The position numbers and the translations under genes are program-made. From assembly GCF_964355755.1 (NCBI RefSeq), contig NC_092679.1, positions 17,405,432-17,469,431 of the forward strand: DNA of 64,000 nt. The letters are read 5' to 3'. Origin of the DNA: Antedon mediterranea. Taxonomy: Eukaryota > Animalia > Echinodermata. Of the stretch, positions 1-14,700 are shown one piece after another; the stretch's first letter is position 1, and the number at the start of each line of letters is the position of its first letter. The notes beneath the pieces are model-generated. The model was not told the DNA's origin. It worked only from the letters and a program-made list of their open reading frames with translations, and did not search any database.

Positions 1-52
1 TACTAAACTTTCCTGGTGTTATTATTAATATTAATATCTTGATAGTCTTATT

Positions 53-83
<31 letters not shown>

Positions 84-412
84 TTACCATATTTACTGAG
101 GGTAGCCTATCCAGTTCCTAATAGAACTGATCATTCAGGGCCCTCGATAAAACAAACATACAGTACAACACATAAAACATTCTTTTCTACCAGCTCCCAT
201 CACCATATACGTACATATATGTTCATTATTGTTATTAATTACTAAACTTTCCTGGTGTTATTATTAATATTAATATCTTGATAGTCTTATTTTATTTATT
301 TATTTATTTATTTATTTATTACCATATTTACTGAGGGTAGCCTATCCAGTTCCTAATAGAACTGATCATTCAGGGCCCTCGATAAAACAAACATACAGTA
401 CAACACATAAAA
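1..412. repeat. Tandem duplication (~239-bp period) of a LINE 3' tail plus its flank
   Basis: 1-177 and 240-412 are near-identical (tactaaactttcctggtg...(ttta)n...ctgagggtagcc...acaacacataaaa). Confidence 0.9.
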
Positions 413-1760
413 TATTAAATATTCAAATGACATAAAATATATTAAAGGCTTAAAAATTTACAATGATTATATAAAATTCATATAAAAGTTAAAATCGTTG
501 ACAGAAAAAAAAATATATATATATATATACATAGTACGAACAATATTATCTGGAAATAAATAGTTTAAGGAAACGTGTAAAGGAAATAACATTTTCAGAT
601 TGTCGAATGATTTTAGGAATCATATTAAAATACATAGGCGCTTTATAACTGAAACATTGTTTAAAAATCTCTAAAGAAGGTCGAGGAATAAAATAATTAC
701 AATTAGAGATGGATCTGGTAGTAGGTCGACCTCCGGGCTGAGTCCTGGTTAACATGCGACTGATGTAATCCGGACGGAACGGTATTGATGGAAGCCCGAT
801 AGGCGAGACAACCAAGTTGAAACTGATAACGTTGAGAAACGGATGAGATAGAAATGGTGTTATCAATAAGGTGGGATGGGGTATGAGGGTGAACTTTCAA
901 GATAACTCTTTTAGACTTTGGACTTTAGCAACGAGTGGTGCTCGTGAGCCCCAGAGAGAACAACAATAGTCAATATGAGGTAAGACAAGAGCATTGTATA
1001 ACATAAGAGATGTAGCTTGGTGGACAAATTTTCGAGTTCGGGCGAGGATGGAGATAGAGGAACTTAATTTGTTGCACAACTTATCAACGTGCGGAATAAA
1101 AGTAAGATGATAGTCAAGAATGATGCCAAGATGCTTATGTTGGGTAACCTGTTTGATAGGTAAGTTGCTAATAGAAACATTTATAGGCCCGAGTAAAGAA
1201 AGCCTTTGTGGCGTTCCAATTACCATCACTTCAGTTTTTTTAGTATTGAGCGCAAGACTATTAGCTAGAAGCCAAGTGGAGATTTTATCCAAGTCAAAAT
1301 TAAGATTGGTTACAATATCGTCTACCTTATCGCTAGAATTGTAAATTATGGTATCATCATCAGCAAACATATCCATTGAAGAGTACGATAAACAATTGGG
1401 GAGATCATTTATGTATATGGAGAATAACAGTGACCCAAGGTTGGATCCTTGAGGTATACCAGCGTTGACATTAATAGATGAAGATATAGTTGATTTATAA
1501 CAGACATGTTGCTGACGTCCAGTAAGATAGGATGTAAACCATTTCACAGACGATTCAGAAAAACCATAAAAGGGAAGTTTACGTAACAGAATTTCGTAGT
1601 TTACAAGATCGAAAGCTTTCCTTAGATCAATAAAAACTGAACCAATGATTTTACCTTCATTAATACTGTGGATCCAGCTGTCATGAGTTTTAGTAATAGC
1701 AGTGAGTGTAGAGTAAGACTTTATAAGTCCATGACACTTTAGCAATAACATTTATTTTTG
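288..1760 (-). mobile_element. 5'-truncated, frameshifted CR1/L2-group non-LTR retrotransposon (RT domain plus 3' UTR with (AATA)n tail)
   Basis: ORF 897-1751 has the RT motifs FIDLRKAFD, GIPQGSNLG and MFADD. The C-terminal part (FSYKAPMYFNMIP) is in another frame at 546-866. The element ends in a short hairpin and an (AATA)n tail. Confidence 0.92.
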
Positions 1761-3013
1761 ATAATGTGCAGTAGAATTTAATACGTCGTTACGAACATTG
1801 CGTGATTACCGTGGTTCAAATGCATTAAATTTGATCATACAAAAATACTTAGATGTCTTTCTGTTATTGCTTACCATATTTGAGCATCACTACCGTTTTT
1901 GGAACATCACACTTTGTCAGTTTGATAGAGCGGCAGTAATGGGTAAGTTCATAAGAAATAAAACCGTAATAAACGTACGTAAGAAATCAGTTTCGTCAAG
2001 GTAGCTGATCAGAAAGTGGTGGTGATCAGCTCAACAAACTTTCAACAATTGTTGTTGTACTGCTTTCATGAACTACTAGAAGACCCGTCCAGAGGTAGCT
2101 CACCCCAACCCTAACTCCGACACGACCAAAAAGACGGAGAACTCCACTACTGAACCAGTAAATCCACCAATCTATGCTCTATTGTCTTATATTTTTGCAT
2201 ATGACTGGTGGAATAACATAAAAAAGACTGTACTATTAAATACATACTTGGGACAAGTCTAGTAAAGAAGGTACACTTGAATATAATATAATATAATATG
2301 AACAACAATAATTATTAGTTAGTTCAATTATGCGTCTGATACTTAATGACGTGAAGAGAAATAATTCGTCAGAATAAGACACTGAATACTTTGCAGATAT
2401 AAGTCGGTGTCGAAAGAGAGGTCTTCACAACCAATTTCCAAGTGTGACCTGGCGTTACTATTATAATGTCAGTTACAAATTCAGATATTTTTTTACACGA
2501 ATAGTTTTTATCCGAAGAACATCAGATATTAGAACGATTGTATTATCATCATTTTTGGCGATTGTTCAACGTGTTCGTTTGATTCTAGTCATGAGGAGAC
2601 TTCCCGAATAATCGGAATCAAAACGGTGCTGGATTTGGTCTACTAGGATTCCTGTTCCCAAAAGTCATCCATTCATAGATACACTGATGAAGAAAGTCTA
2701 TCCGTGGTCTACCGGCAGTACAGTATTAAGATTTGGAGCATTATTATATGAAGAGACCGACCAATAGATTGAAAATATTTTTTTTATACGAATGGTTAGG
2801 ATCCGATGTCATGTAACACCTGAAGCAAAGGAAATGACATGGTATTGTGCATATAAATGCATGACTTTAAGAACCATGTCAGGTATAAATTCAGAATTTT
2901 GAAATTGGCCCAACAATTGTAAAACAAAGTGCGGAATTAATATGCCTAATGTTTACATTGTATTCCTAATAGTTTTTCAATAATGTGTCAAACACAACAC
3001 AACAAAAAGTTAT

Positions 3014-3027
3014 GTTTTCAGGGTAAC
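3014..3027 (+). promoter_or_regulatory. Candidate RFX X-box upstream of IFT172
   Basis: GTTTTCAGGGTAAC resembles GTTNCC-NN-GGYAAC, about 600 bp upstream of the ATG. Another X-box-like sequence, GTTGCTTAGGACGC, lies at 3725-3738. Confidence 0.4.
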
Positions 3028-3615
3028 ATTATCATTATCAACAGTTTGAGATATTACCTTTTGTAAAGGACAAATTATCGATTAGAAAATTGTAATTTAA
3101 ACAATTACCATTTTGCGTTAAATATTGTAGAGTCGACCTTATAAACTAACATTTTGTTTTATTGAAAAAATAAATGTTAGTCCCAGCTTTATAGGTAAGA
3201 TTACATCTTACAAATCCTGCATATTTACAAATTACAATTACAAAGTCTAAATGCTATCAACTAATAATCACATAAATGTACTACTGATTTGGAAAATAGA
3301 AAGTTGGTTTTTCATCCTAGTAACCATTTATACGTCTTCGACACTAAAATCAGATGATTTAATCAATAAGCATATTATTACATATATACAATCGCGCTAT
3401 GGTTAATTTGGTCATCTAACTAAAGTAGGCTTTATTCTCCAGGCGTGTCGTTTACGCTACACCACCTTTATTGGGGTGGTAGTAGCGTATTAGCAGCACA
3501 GAGTAACTGCAGAGAGGCTACTGCTAAAATTCCTTGATCGCGGCTAAGTAAAACATTTTGTGTGTAGGCTAGGGCTTAGCTAACATTTCGTTAGTGGCTT
3601 CTTAAATACAGGAAA

Positions 3616-6600
3616 ATGCAATTGAAACATACGAAAACATTCCTTACTCCTCAGGTAGTGTTGTGTATTTGATTTCTAGAGTTGTGTGTACATAACACGT
3701 ATTAATTTACTGTAAACAACTTGCGTTGCTTAGGACGCTGTTATTGTTGTCAAGCTGAAACTGGCCGGGTGCCGTGAGGTTAGGCCCCCGTACCGTGTAG
3801 TCAGAACACTGACCTAGGCCTAGCCTAGAATTTCAAACAAAAAAATTAACCTTATCCTCTGTTAGCGTGGTAGGACTAGGTTCTTATTTTCAATTTAGTA
3901 TTATAATACTACAGAATTTAAATAGGCCTAGGATAATTAAAAAAGCATTTACAATTTTAAATAAATTAAATTTGTTCAGGATGGAGCTGCTAAAATCACA
4001 GCATTGGCATGGTCACCTAATAACAATAAGTTAGCTGTTTGTACTGTTGATCGTGTAATTCTACTTTATGATGAACACGGTGAAAGAAGAGATAAGTTCT
4101 CAACCAAACCCATTGACTCAAAGGTACAGTAAAATATATTAATTATAATATTGACTTGTTGTATTGTATCTTAGTTAGGCCAGTTTTATATATACTTATT
4201 AGAAAATTGTGTAAACGGCGGATATCTCTGCATATCTCGGCACGGTCAACAGTTGAGTAATAATATTAATTTACAATTTTATTTTGCAGTATGGAAAGAA
4301 AAGCTACGCAGTGAAAGGTTTGGCGTTTTCACCCGATTCAACAAAAATTGCTGTTGGTCAAACAGACAACATTGTCTACGTGTACAAAATTGGAGATGAT
4401 TGGTATGGGACATCCTTGGATTTTAAAAATTCTATGTTATTACAATTAAATACAACTTCATAAATACGTTTGATAAGAAGTTAAAAATCTGTTTTAAAAT
4501 TAATTTCAAGAATCATTTGTCAATTTAGGGACTCAAAGAAAGTTATCTGCAACAAGTTTGTCCAGCAGAGTGCTGTTACCTGCCTAATCTGGCCTCCTGA
4601 CAACCAGATCATTGTAGGCCTAGCTGACGGAAAGGTGCGAGTGGCTAATACCAAGACCAACAAATCATCTACAGTGTATGGTACTGATTCTTATGTAGTG
4701 TCTGTAGCACACAAGTGAGTATATGCATTCAATCTTTTCATATTGGTTTTTAACAGGTTAAAACTGTATAATTATATAAGGGCCAGCGCTGTCTGAGTTA
4801 AATCCTGACGAGTCGTCTTGAGATAGCGTCAAGCATAATTTTTAGGTCGTTTTAAGATGCTTAATTTTTTCCCGACTAGACTGTTGGGCCTTGTCGTACG
4901 ACGCTGTCTGAGTTAAATCCTGACTACTCGTCTTGAGATAGATGTGTTTTGTCAATTATGACACAATACACAGTATAGATGTGCCAAATTATTTAATGAA
5001 ATTTCTTTCAGTTCATCTGGAAAAGGAATTGTATCTGGTCATGCTGATGGCACAATTGTCCGCTATTTCTTTGAAGACGAGGGCACAGGAGAGTCGCAGG
5101 GAAAGATCTGCACACACCCATGTCCTCCGTATAGCCTCTGCTGGGCTGGAAGCAGTGTCGTGGCTGCAGGATGTGACAAAAAGATAATGGTGTATGGAAG
5201 AGATGGTCGTTGCATCCAGCAGTTTGATCACAGCAGAGATCCAGATGAACATGAATTTACAGTGGCTGCCAACAGTCCAAGTGGCCAGTCTGTCGTTATT
5301 GGTAGCTATGACAGGTATGTCCTTTTTTTATTAAGTTTTTGTTAAGTTTATTGATCTACTATCCATTCTGTTCGATATGATGACGTAATGGTAAGGGAAT
5401 TGGACTAGCATGTAAGAGATTTGGGTTCGAGTCTTGTCTGTGCCATATGATTGTATCCTTAGGTAAAATGCTTCATACTCTCATTACATTGTCTGTTAGA
5501 TGGTATGTATCACATTGATGCTATTTAATGTACTTGGTGTTGTGTAGAAGACTTACATTTATAGTGTCATTCTGTAAAGCAAAGTTCAATTGTTGTTATT
5601 GTATGAAATAATATGGAATTGTTGTTCAGAAGCTATAACATGTTTATACATATGTTGCTATTGTCAATTCTTGCAGATTGCGTGTTTACAACTGGTCACC
5701 TAGGAAAGGTATATGGGAAGAGGCTAAGAGAAAGGACATTAAAAATCTATACACGATAACTACACTAGCCTGGCGTAAGGATGGATCCAAATTAGTAGCT
5801 GTAAGTATATCAAATTGAGTACATAGTTTTAAATAACACAGTAGGCCTAAAAAAGTTTACATTTTCAGAATGTATTATACAAAATAGAGACTAAAAGCTT
5901 CAAGAATTCTGGTTTTCATTTTCTAATTACCTGCTTTGTTTTTTTATTCCTTCTGTAAACATAACTTTTTTACGTAAGCGTGGTTCCCACTAGCGACGCA
6001 ACACAAAGACGTAACGCAACGCAAGTGAATTGACCAATCACAAGCGATGGCTTATTCGCTTGTGATTGCTAACTGTCTATAACTTCGCTTGTCATTGGTT
6101 AAAACGTTGCGTTTACGTCCTTGCGTTGCATCCTAGTGGGAACCAAGCTTAATATAGTTTTAATGTATTGTATTGATATTTTTCAATGTTTTATATATTG
6201 TATGTGTTTTTAAGCATCAAGGAAAACCAATTTCATGTTCATGACAATAAAGATTTATCTTACCTTAAAAGCTTCAATTCATACTGTATAGCACAAAAAA
6301 CATAATTTCTGGTGTTGATTCCTACTGGCTTTCCGTTTGTCCACTGCGTACCACCCATCTCAATATTAACAACCGAAATCAATCGACACTATGATGGTTA
6401 AATATTTAGATCTAATAAAGCATTTTGAAACAACAATCTTAATTGTAATAGGGAACACTTTGTGGTGGAGTGGAGATGTTTGATTGTTCGCTTCGTCGCA
6501 CTATTTTCAAAAACAAGTTCGAGATGACTTACGTGGGTCTGAGCCAGGTCATAATAAAAAATCTTTCATCTGGAACACGAGTTGTACTTAAATCACACTA

Positions 6601-9600
6601 CGGATATGAGGTGAGTACGGAAAAATTTGATTTTTGTGTGGTAACTAATAGCTACTGTACAATAATTGATGTACAATAGGTATAGTTAAGAATCTATACA
6701 GTCTGTATTGCTTTAGTACACCGTTAGAAATTTAGGATTAGAAATATTTGTATATGTAAAGCTCTGTCAACATTATCAAACTAGTGTGATGTGCCCAAAT
6801 ATGGTAATAATATGACATCATCATGCCCATTTTTTGATAGTGTAGACAGAGCTTAATATTAAATCTCTTTCTCTCAATTATAACCATTTTTATATCCACT
6901 TTTACTTTAGATTGAGCCTGTATTGCATTTAGTACAACTACAACATTACAAATTTGGGATTTGTCTTCACTAATGTATTTAATATTTAATCTCTTTCTCT
7001 CAATTATATAGTTTTTAACCAATGTGTCCCCTTTTATTAAAGATTGAGGAGGTTAAAATCCTGGGTAAGGATCGCTATCTGATAGGGCACACATCTAACA
7101 CTTTGTTGCTGGGTGACTTGTCAACAAACAAGCTTAGTGAAGTTCCTTGGCAAAGTAGTGGTGGCAATGAGAAGTTCTTTTTTGATAATGAATGTGTAAG
7201 TATGCTGTTTGATATTCATTCATGCAAATTTATTCAAATTTACAATACACTTTCTGTGTTAGTTATCTATACAAATTAATTCTAAATTACATAAATATTA
7301 ATATAGTAGTACTAGAATTAATCCTATTGAAATAAAAAATTCAAAACTTGTTTAAATGTTTTTTTTTTCAGGTCTGCATGATCTTCAACGCTGGTGAGCT
7401 TTCCCTTGTGGAGTATGGCAACAATGAAGTACTGGGATGTGTTAGAACAGAGTTCATGAACCCTCATCTTATCAGGTAAAATATTTTTTCCTTTAACAAT
7501 AGGACCTATGCATTGATGTGTCATTGGTTGTCGTCCTGACTCAAAACCATCAGAACTTAGAACCATCAGAACTTAGAACCATTAGAACCATCAGAACTTA
7601 GAACCATCAGAATTTAGAACCATCAGAACTTATAACCATCAGAACTTATAACCATCAGAACTGTGTCAAGGAATAGAGTGAGGAAGCACGTCTGAACTTT
7701 CCTGTATGCTCACAATGAATTAACATGACCTGACATGTTACGATAATAATAATACTTTAAAACAAGATAAAGTATAGTTAACTCTCATTGTATGGGCATA
7801 CATTTTTTGGTCCCTGTCATTGTTTCGTTTTATATTTGGCATGTTCCTTTATCCAATATTTCATTTAATATAAAAAGAACTTCTAAAGCTTGGTTCCCAC
7901 TAGAACGTAACGCAAGGACGTAAACGCAACGCAAGCGTTTTAACCAATGACAAGCAAAGTTATAGACAGTTAGCAATCATAAGCCATCGCTTGGGATTGG
8001 TCAATTCACTTGCGTTGCGTTACGTCCTTGTGTTGCGTCTAGTGGGAACCACGCTTAAATTTGTATTACAGTGTGCGTTTGAATGAGCGCAAGCAGCTTG
8101 GTGTTGATGACAACAAGAAGATGGCATACCTTGTAGATCTGAAAACCATCGCGATTGTTGATCTTGTTACTGGATTCCCAATGGCCACCATGGCACATGA
8201 TTCAAAGATTGATTGGTTAGAGTTGAACGAGACAGGACATAAGCTTCTATTCAGGGATAAACGATTAAGGGTAATTTATATAGTTGTTAATGAAATAAAT
8301 AAATTCCAAATTTTAGAATAAGCTAGATGTCAAACTTAAAAATGTTATTCTTTAAGTTCCCTGTAAGTGATTTTCTTGTATTAAAATTGATTTATATATT
8401 TTACATTGATTAAATAATGTCGGGTATTTCACCTTTTTTTTCCTCTTCTTTATCTAGCTTCACCTCTTTGACATCATTACTGAAACAAAAACAACAATAC
8501 AGAATTATAGCTCCTATGTACAGGTAAAAGGTTATTGATTATGTGATTTGTATATGAATACCAATTTATATTTTGAAGATTACAAGAATGATTAAAATAT
8601 ACATATACCTATCGAAATTTAAATATAGCATGGTACAATCCTGAGTCTATTTTGAAGCCTTTAAAATACTAATATTTAGTATTAATGATGCATTGATAAA
8701 TCGAATGTTTCTGTTTATCTTCAGCAAATCCTTTGTAAGAACAACAAACAAATCATGTAGCGCCTGCATTAGAATCAAAATCAGAACTTCTAGAACATTT
8801 GTCTGTATGTGCTCATCATCTTTTTTATTCATATATAATGTATGACTCTTTTATTTTCTACTGTTTTCTTATTTTTAGTGGGTTCCTCAAAGTGATGTGG
8901 TTGTTGCTCAGAATCGAGACAGTCTCTGTGTTTGGTACAATATAGACCATCCTGAAAAGGTTACAATGTTTCCTATCAAGGTTTGTACCATTTTAAATTT
9001 GATTTGTATTTATAACTGGTAATTGATTGACTTTTTGCATCGCGAGTGTGTGCGTTCATTAGATAAAAATTCTGCCGATTACATCATATTGTTTACTGTA
9101 TTGTATTTAGTATCATGTGAATTAACAAAGATTACCAATTACAACTTTTTTGTAGGGTGATATTATTGATCTTGAGCGTGTAGATGGTAAGACTGATGTG
9201 ATCGTTAAAGAAGGTGTTACTACTATCTCATACACATTAGACGAGGGATTAATTGAGTTCAGAACGGCTATTGATGATGGAGATTATTCAAGGTATAGGG
9301 CGAAAATAAATTAAACAGATATAGATTCTTTTTATTGTCCAATATAAATGGAAATTAAAGTGCTCATAAAATAATTATCTTAATAATTACTTAAATAAAT
9401 ATAAGGGGAAAAAAAGAAACTATCTAAACAACAAATCTTTTGTTATAATGCCATATCCCAGCTGGGTAGAACAATATTGATATGGCAACATTCATGTACT
9501 TGTTACTAGATGTATGCTTCACACATTCCTAAAAAATCTCTCAAAAATGCTGCAATATGTTAATACAGTAGAACCCCTCCTTAGCACTAAGTGTATACTT

Positions 9601-11743
9601 TCCCATGAAACAAAATATTAATATGTTTTAACAGTGACACTACAGAAAACACTATTAAGGGGATACTGTTGGGTACCAAAGGTGTCCCCTTAATAGGGGG
9701 GTTTAATGTAATTAGCAAGACAATGTTATTGTTATTGCATGGGTGTTAATTTCAAATTAACATTATAAGTAACCTTATCACAAAATGTTATATTATATTA
9801 TTTTATTCATATCTCAAAAATTTGTATAGAGCTGTTGCTTTTTTGGAGACCCTTGAGATGTCGAATGAAACTGAAGCTATGTGGAAAACCCTAAGTAAGC
9901 TATCGCTTGAATCCTGCTATCTGCACATCTCAGAACGATGCTATGCAGCTCTTGGTGATGTGGCAAAGGCACGATATCTCCGTAATCTCAATCAACTTGC
10001 AGCCAACTATGCTAAAGAAATGGTAAGTTCATTATTATACAAATAATGCAAAAGTCATAGTACGTTAATGCGGCACATTTGAGGGTACTTTCACATACTT
10101 TTGTGGGTGAATACACCTAGGCCTAGCCTAGGAGCTAGGCCTACCGCGGCAAGCACCACTCTGCTCATCGACCAGATCACTGCCTAGCCTAGGCCTGGCA
10201 AAACAGTTGTTTACTTATTGTATCCGAGACAACAACAACTAACTGAGAGAGTTTTTTGACATACACATTTGCCATTGGCAGATGTGCACAATAATCTTAA
10301 ATAAAAAGATAAGATTCTTTAATTTATGTTTTTTAGAGTGGTGATGGAATGGCTCATTATGAAGTGCGAGCAAAACTGGCCATCTTGAAAAGGGACTTTA
10401 AAGAGGCTGAGACAATATACTTGGAACAGGTATTTTATTTTGTAAATTTGTGGAACCCGAATAAAGAATTCTTAAATAGCAATTGTTGTTAACATTACCT
10501 TACAATTCTAATGTGCAGGGATCAATCCTTACCTACTGCTAGTGTGCCAACTCACGACTGTAGACTACTCCACTCCCTAAAGGCCCATCCTTTATGTATG
10601 TTTATTTATTATCGTCAATTGTTATCGTCCTAGTGTAAATGGGCCTTTAGCATCAAATGAGTCTTGTTTGAACTGTTATCATTTGATATGGAGATGTCTT
10701 CTTTTTTAGAATATGATTGATGAGGCCATGCAGATGTATCAAGAACTGCACAAGTGGGATGAGGCTATTGCTGTAGCAGAAGCCAAGGTAAACATCATAT
10801 ATTAGTATACTTAATACAGTCAACTCTCCCAATACCGGACTCTCTGAAAACCAGAAACTCTCCCAATACCAGACTTTTTTTGAGGACCAAAAGGTCCCAA
10901 ATTTATATTTACCATTAAAAACACATTCCGAATACCAGACTTTCCGGAAAACCAGACTTATTTGGCCGGCCCAAAGGTGTCCGGTATTGGGAGAGTTGAC
11001 TGTACTTACTTGATAATTGACCCTTCATTCCTTAGGGTGGGCCCTCATTTTTTTAAGAATAACTTTACACTAGGTACAGAGATGATCTCATCTGGTATTG
11101 AATTTCATTTATCCACAACACGATTTGAAAAGAACTGTTTTCCCACATCTGTTCTTGGATAACTTCCTTGAGTGACCTCCAGCTATGATTTTCAGACCAT
11201 TTTTTAGGGATAGTATGCTGCTGCTCTAACTTCTTCATTTAAGCTCTGTCTACACTATAAAACTTATGTGACAACAACATGTGATGTGCCGATATATGGA
11301 CACGATGATGTCATATCACTACCATATTTGGGCACATCACACTTTTTTGTCAAAATTGTTTGATGGTGTAGTCACAGCTTTAGATATGATTTATCAGTAA
11401 TAGAAATGTTAATCTTTCCAGGGACATCCGGAACTAGACAATCTTCGACAAAGTTACTACCAATGGCTGATGGACACTAGCCAAGAAGAGAAAGCTGGTG
11501 AGATGAAGGAGAACAATAACGACTATCATGCTGCCATCAATCTATACATGAAAGCTGGTATGCCTGCACGTGCCGCACGCTTGGTAACTAGCCACGAAGA
11601 TTTGATGTCTAACCGGGATCTTGTTCAGAGGATTGCTGCATCGCTTATTAAGAGTGATTTTTATGAAAGGGTAAGTTTGTTTATTTTATTTTAGTTGTGT
11701 GGAAGTAACCTTTATTGTCTTTGAGTTTAAGATACAAACATAC

Positions 11744-11777
<34 letters not shown>

Positions 11778-14700
11778 TATTGCCAAAAACCAGTTACAAA
11801 CATACAAAAACACAGAAACTAAGGGAGTAGGCAGGAACCTAAAAGTGAACCTAATCACTATAACAAGAGTTCAGGTTCCGTACTCCCAAAGTAACAACTA
11901 TGATAAATTGGTATATTTAAGTACTGTATGCAATATCTTTTATCATTACAATAACAAATACCTGTACCTTAAGTAACCAAAGAAGTACACATTCTTTTTG
12001 GCAATATGAGTAAAATAATACCTGATTTTACTTTACCTAGGCAGGGGACTTGTTTGAAAAGACTGGGGATGAACAGCGAGCCATGGAGTGCTACAGAAGA
12101 GGAAAGTCATTTCGTCGAGGTATGCAGCAATGTTATACATTTCCTGTTTGAGAGTAAAAAAAAAGTATATTATATTATTGTATTAGAGTAAAATAATCAT
12201 GTCTAAAGTGCTGTTGTCTGCAAACTTTATGTGACAAAAAAGTGTGATGTGCCCAAATATGGTAGTGATATGACATCATCATGTCCATATATGGACACAT
12301 CACATTTACATTGTATAAGTGTAACTATATTTGTTTGTTTTTTTAAGCTGTTGAGCTGGCTCGAGTATCTTTTCCTAATGATGTTGTCAAATTGGAAGAA
12401 GAATGGGGTAGCTATCTTGTCAGTCAAAAACAGATGGACGCTGCAATCAACCACTTCATAGAGGCTGGGTATGTGAAGACTAGTTTGACAAAAAAGTGTG
12501 ATGTGCCCAAATATGTTAGTGATATGCTCAAATATGTTAGTGATATGACATCATTTCCATGGGCACATCACATTTTGTGTATAGTGTAGACTGAGCTTTA
12601 GAATCCATTACAAATTGTATCACTTTACTTGTTTTAAAGGTTTTTATCGTTACTACTTTTTAAAATCATTGTTGATTGAAATTAATGCTGTATTTCATTG
12701 CAATTCAGTATTACTCTGAAGATGACGTTATTAATAAATATTATGTACATAAACGATTATACAGTCAACTCTCCCAATACCGGACTTTTTTAAACTAATA
12801 TGTCTGGTTTTCCAGAAAGTCTTGTATTTCTTGTTTTTAAATGGTAGAAATGAATTTGAGACACTTTGGTTTTAAGAGAGTTTCTGGTTTTTAGAGAGTC
12901 TTGTATTGGGAGCGTTGAATGTATAACATAATTTATTTCTTTTTATATGCAGTTGTTCTGAGAAAGCTATAGAGGCAGCAATTCACTCCCATCAATGGAA
13001 CAAAGCCATTCAAATTATTGAGATTCAGGAACCAAGCATGGCTGAGAAATACTATGCTGATATTGCCCGTCATTATGCCTCTATCAAGGACTATGAGACA
13101 GCAGAGAAATTCTATGTACGGGCAGACATGACGAAGATGGCAATTGAAATGTACACAAACGCTGGAAAATGGGAGGCTGCTCATAAAGTAGGTTTAAACA
13201 ATTTCAAGCCAATAGCTTTTATTTTGTTTTTATCTTTTTTTACAAAAATGAGCTAGGCTAGTAGGCCTATGCATCACTGCTGCTGCTGCTGTAGTATGAA
13301 ATAGGAATATCAGCAAGAAATGTGTTTTCGGGTTTAGGGAAGCATGTTCAAACAGACTTGATATATCTACATTATTGTAAAGATCATGCTACAATTGTAA
13401 ATCATTCAAATTTAGTGATGGCCAGGCAATAATGTACAAACATAAGAAATTCCAAATATTTAAAATTACTTTTAAATTCACTTTTAGCTTGCAGTCACTT
13501 GCATGAAATCTGAGGATGTTGCTGTGCTCTATATTAGTCAGGCCCAGCAATTGGAAGCGCAGGGCAAATTCAGGGAGGCTGAAAGACTGTACATTACCGT
13601 TGAAGAACCAGATATGGCGATTACCATGTACAAGAAGCAACGTCAATATGACCACATGGTTAGGCTAGTGAAACACTACCATCCTGATCTGCTACAAGAC
13701 ACGCATCTACATCTAGCACAGGTAATCCAATGTAAAGAGTTGAATAGTTTAGTAGATGTTCTACTGAGAATACAATGTGAAGATATTAACAATTTTGACT
13801 GAAACAAGTCCTAGAGTATTATTATACTTACTGTTGGAGAAGAAATGATGTCTTTCCCCATATATTAACTAAAATTTAATTTAGAATCTACATATAAATT
13901 GATTTCATCAGGAAATTTACATGGTCATAGTTCAAGATACACTAATGATGATATTGAAAAAAATTTATCTCTGAAATTGTCATTATAACATCGTATCCCT
14001 GAGCTTTGAATTATTAATTATTTGTTTCAGGAAATGGAAACTGATGGACAATTACGGCAGGCGGAGTATCACTTCATTGAAGGCAAAAACTGGAAAGGAG
14101 CAGTCAATATGTACCGTGGTGCTGACCTGTGGGATGAGGCATACAGGGTCAGTATTATTTAAAGCTTTCATTTTTTCATCAGTTTCAACATTTTGTCATA
14201 AATAATTTTACTACTGAATTACTGGTATTGGCAGCTCCTGCTACCACAATGCCACAAGAATTAGTCACATGATCAATTTCATTTGAGCTCTACATGCTTG
14301 AATAATCTTGATTATGATATACTCAAATAGGTTTGCGGTATTGTTGTATATTTAATTAAATTAGTTAAATAATTGAATTGCCTTGCAGGTAGCCAAAAGC
14401 CACGGGGAAGCTGATTCTACAAAGCAGGTAGCCTACCTGTGGGCTAAGAGTCTTGGTGGTGATTCTGCTGTCAAACTTCTCACCAAGTTTGGCTTACTTG
14501 ATTCTGCCATAGAATATGCTGCTGACAATTGGTAGGTTTTGCTACTTTTATACGTATTAACAGTATTAATCCTAAAAGCACAACATATATACATTCATAT
14601 ATTACCGTTACTAAAATTAATTATGTTCTCACCCACAGTGCATTTGAATTTGCATTCGATTTGGCCAAAACATCTGCTAAAAACAAGATACCAGAGATCC

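Noticed and set aside
5315-5325. U12-type intron donor
   Set aside because: GTATGTCCTT does not match the U12 consensus RTATCCTT.
7545-7662. Regular repeats resembling a CRISPR array (also 34695-34910 and 54197-54315)
   Set aside because: Head-to-tail units without unique spacers, in eukaryotic introns, with no cas genes; these are minisatellites or transposon subterminal repeats.
12227-12589. ORFs containing [17 protein letters not shown] as a repeated protein motif
   Set aside because: This is a translation of the MITE-A core, not protein.
13944-13975. C/D box snoRNA (ATGATGA...CTGA)
   Set aside because: The boxes are only ~30 nt apart and there is no terminal stem.
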